NCBI RefSeq assembly: GCF_001447785.1
Contig: NW_015169198.1
Coordinates: 432,339-496,338, forward strand
From: Gekko japonicus
Taxonomy: Eukaryota
Direction of reading: 5' to 3'
Length of the DNA: 64,000 bases
Below, piece after piece: positions 62,926-64,000 of the stretch; positions within the stretch are counted from its first letter, which is position 1, and the number at the start of each line of letters is the position of its first letter. The notes under the pieces were generated by a model, which saw nothing but the letters and a program-made list of their open reading frames with translations, was not told the origin of the DNA and ran no database searches. The position numbers and the translations under genes are program-made.

Positions 62926-64000
62926 GTCTAGTTTTCAGTTATTCCTATAGAGATGTGGCATCACGTCCAATGGTGTCCCCTCAGGTCCCCACCCCTTTGG
63001 ACTCCCACTAGCAACTCTACATAGCAAACATTTGGAGAGAGATTGACCATGAGCACTGTGCTTTTCAACATATATGAGAAAGCATGCAAAGCAGATATAT
63101 CCAATTTTGTGTCTGACACATCCAAACAGTTCACTGATCAATCGGCTCCCAGATGCAGCTCATAAGAAGTATTTGGGCTGAACCAGAAGGTGCATCTCTA
63201 TCCCAAAGGCTGGTGCCTAGAAGGCTGCAGTGAGGTTGGGGGAACCAGGCAAAATTGCTCTCCCATCCTTTTCAGTCAGTAAAAAATTTCACAGGCACAA
63301 AAAACTGGTTACCCCTCCTCAGTGCAGACCCTAGGTGACTGTCTAAGTGAGTCCCACAAACCCCAGCATCAGCATTTGCATTCTGCAGACCTGGAAAACA
63401 GGGGAGAACATTATCTGCAGGTGTGTTTAAATGTCTTTAAAGCCTATACTGTCAGGACAGAATAAACCCAGCTACAACTTACACTTCGGCTTTGATGGAC
63501 ATACTGTTATCTTCCTGACCTAAAATCCAAGCCTGTGTAGAATTACGTTTTGGACAGCGGTCCTCAAATGGGCCTTTTAATTCCAAATTGTTTTAAACTT
63601 TTATTTTAAAATAAGAGGCTGCATTCATAACAAGGAGCTAGTCATTAATGGAAATCTGTACCAAGTCTGCACCTTGGTAAGGTAGCTAATCCCAATGCCA
63701 TTTCCTTCAGCTTTGGGACTCAAACCAGTTGGCCGTGTATGGCTATTTTGCTGGGAGAATCACAAGGTCATGTTACCTTTAAAGTTCTGTTTCCCAGAAA
63801 GTGAGAGGGAGTGAAAGATGAGACAGGGCAAAGAATGGCTTAGAAGATACATCCATGACAGACACCTCATCCAGCCAGAACACATAGTCCATGTTCACAC
63901 AGCACAGCTTCATTTCAGATTGACACTTCTGTGAAAAACATTTCCTTCAATTACACTGCTGGAGCACTTCAGGAACACTGAGAAACATTCTTATTCTATA

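Overview
This is eukaryotic, repeat-dominated DNA with four N-gaps. Sauria SINE, 5S-derived SINE, Squam3-like SINE, BovB, CR1, L2 and Penelope-like copies together point to a squamate, probably a gecko (inference). I found no convincing host protein-coding exon, tRNA, rRNA or CRISPR array. Every recognisable ORF is a decayed transposable-element remnant. The most structured feature is a minus-strand Ngaro/DIRS-type tyrosine-recombinase retrotransposon (~17392-22228) with gag, RNase H, YR and an extra SGNH/GDSL-hydrolase ORF. It lies wholly inside a hAT-type non-autonomous element that still has both TIRs and an 8-bp TSD, and a CR1 fragment stands where its RT core should be. Also present: a Gypsy 5' end (LTR, tRNA-Ser PBS, gag), a Gmr1-like SCAN-related gag remnant, Penelope-like fragments with degenerate hammerhead ribozymes, a foldback hAT-type element, Helitron/Helentron-like ends, several nested MITEs, local duplications and templated insertions, and a few unique segments that may be conserved non-coding enhancers. 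All calls are by eye from motifs and structure; no database searches were run and boundaries are approximate.
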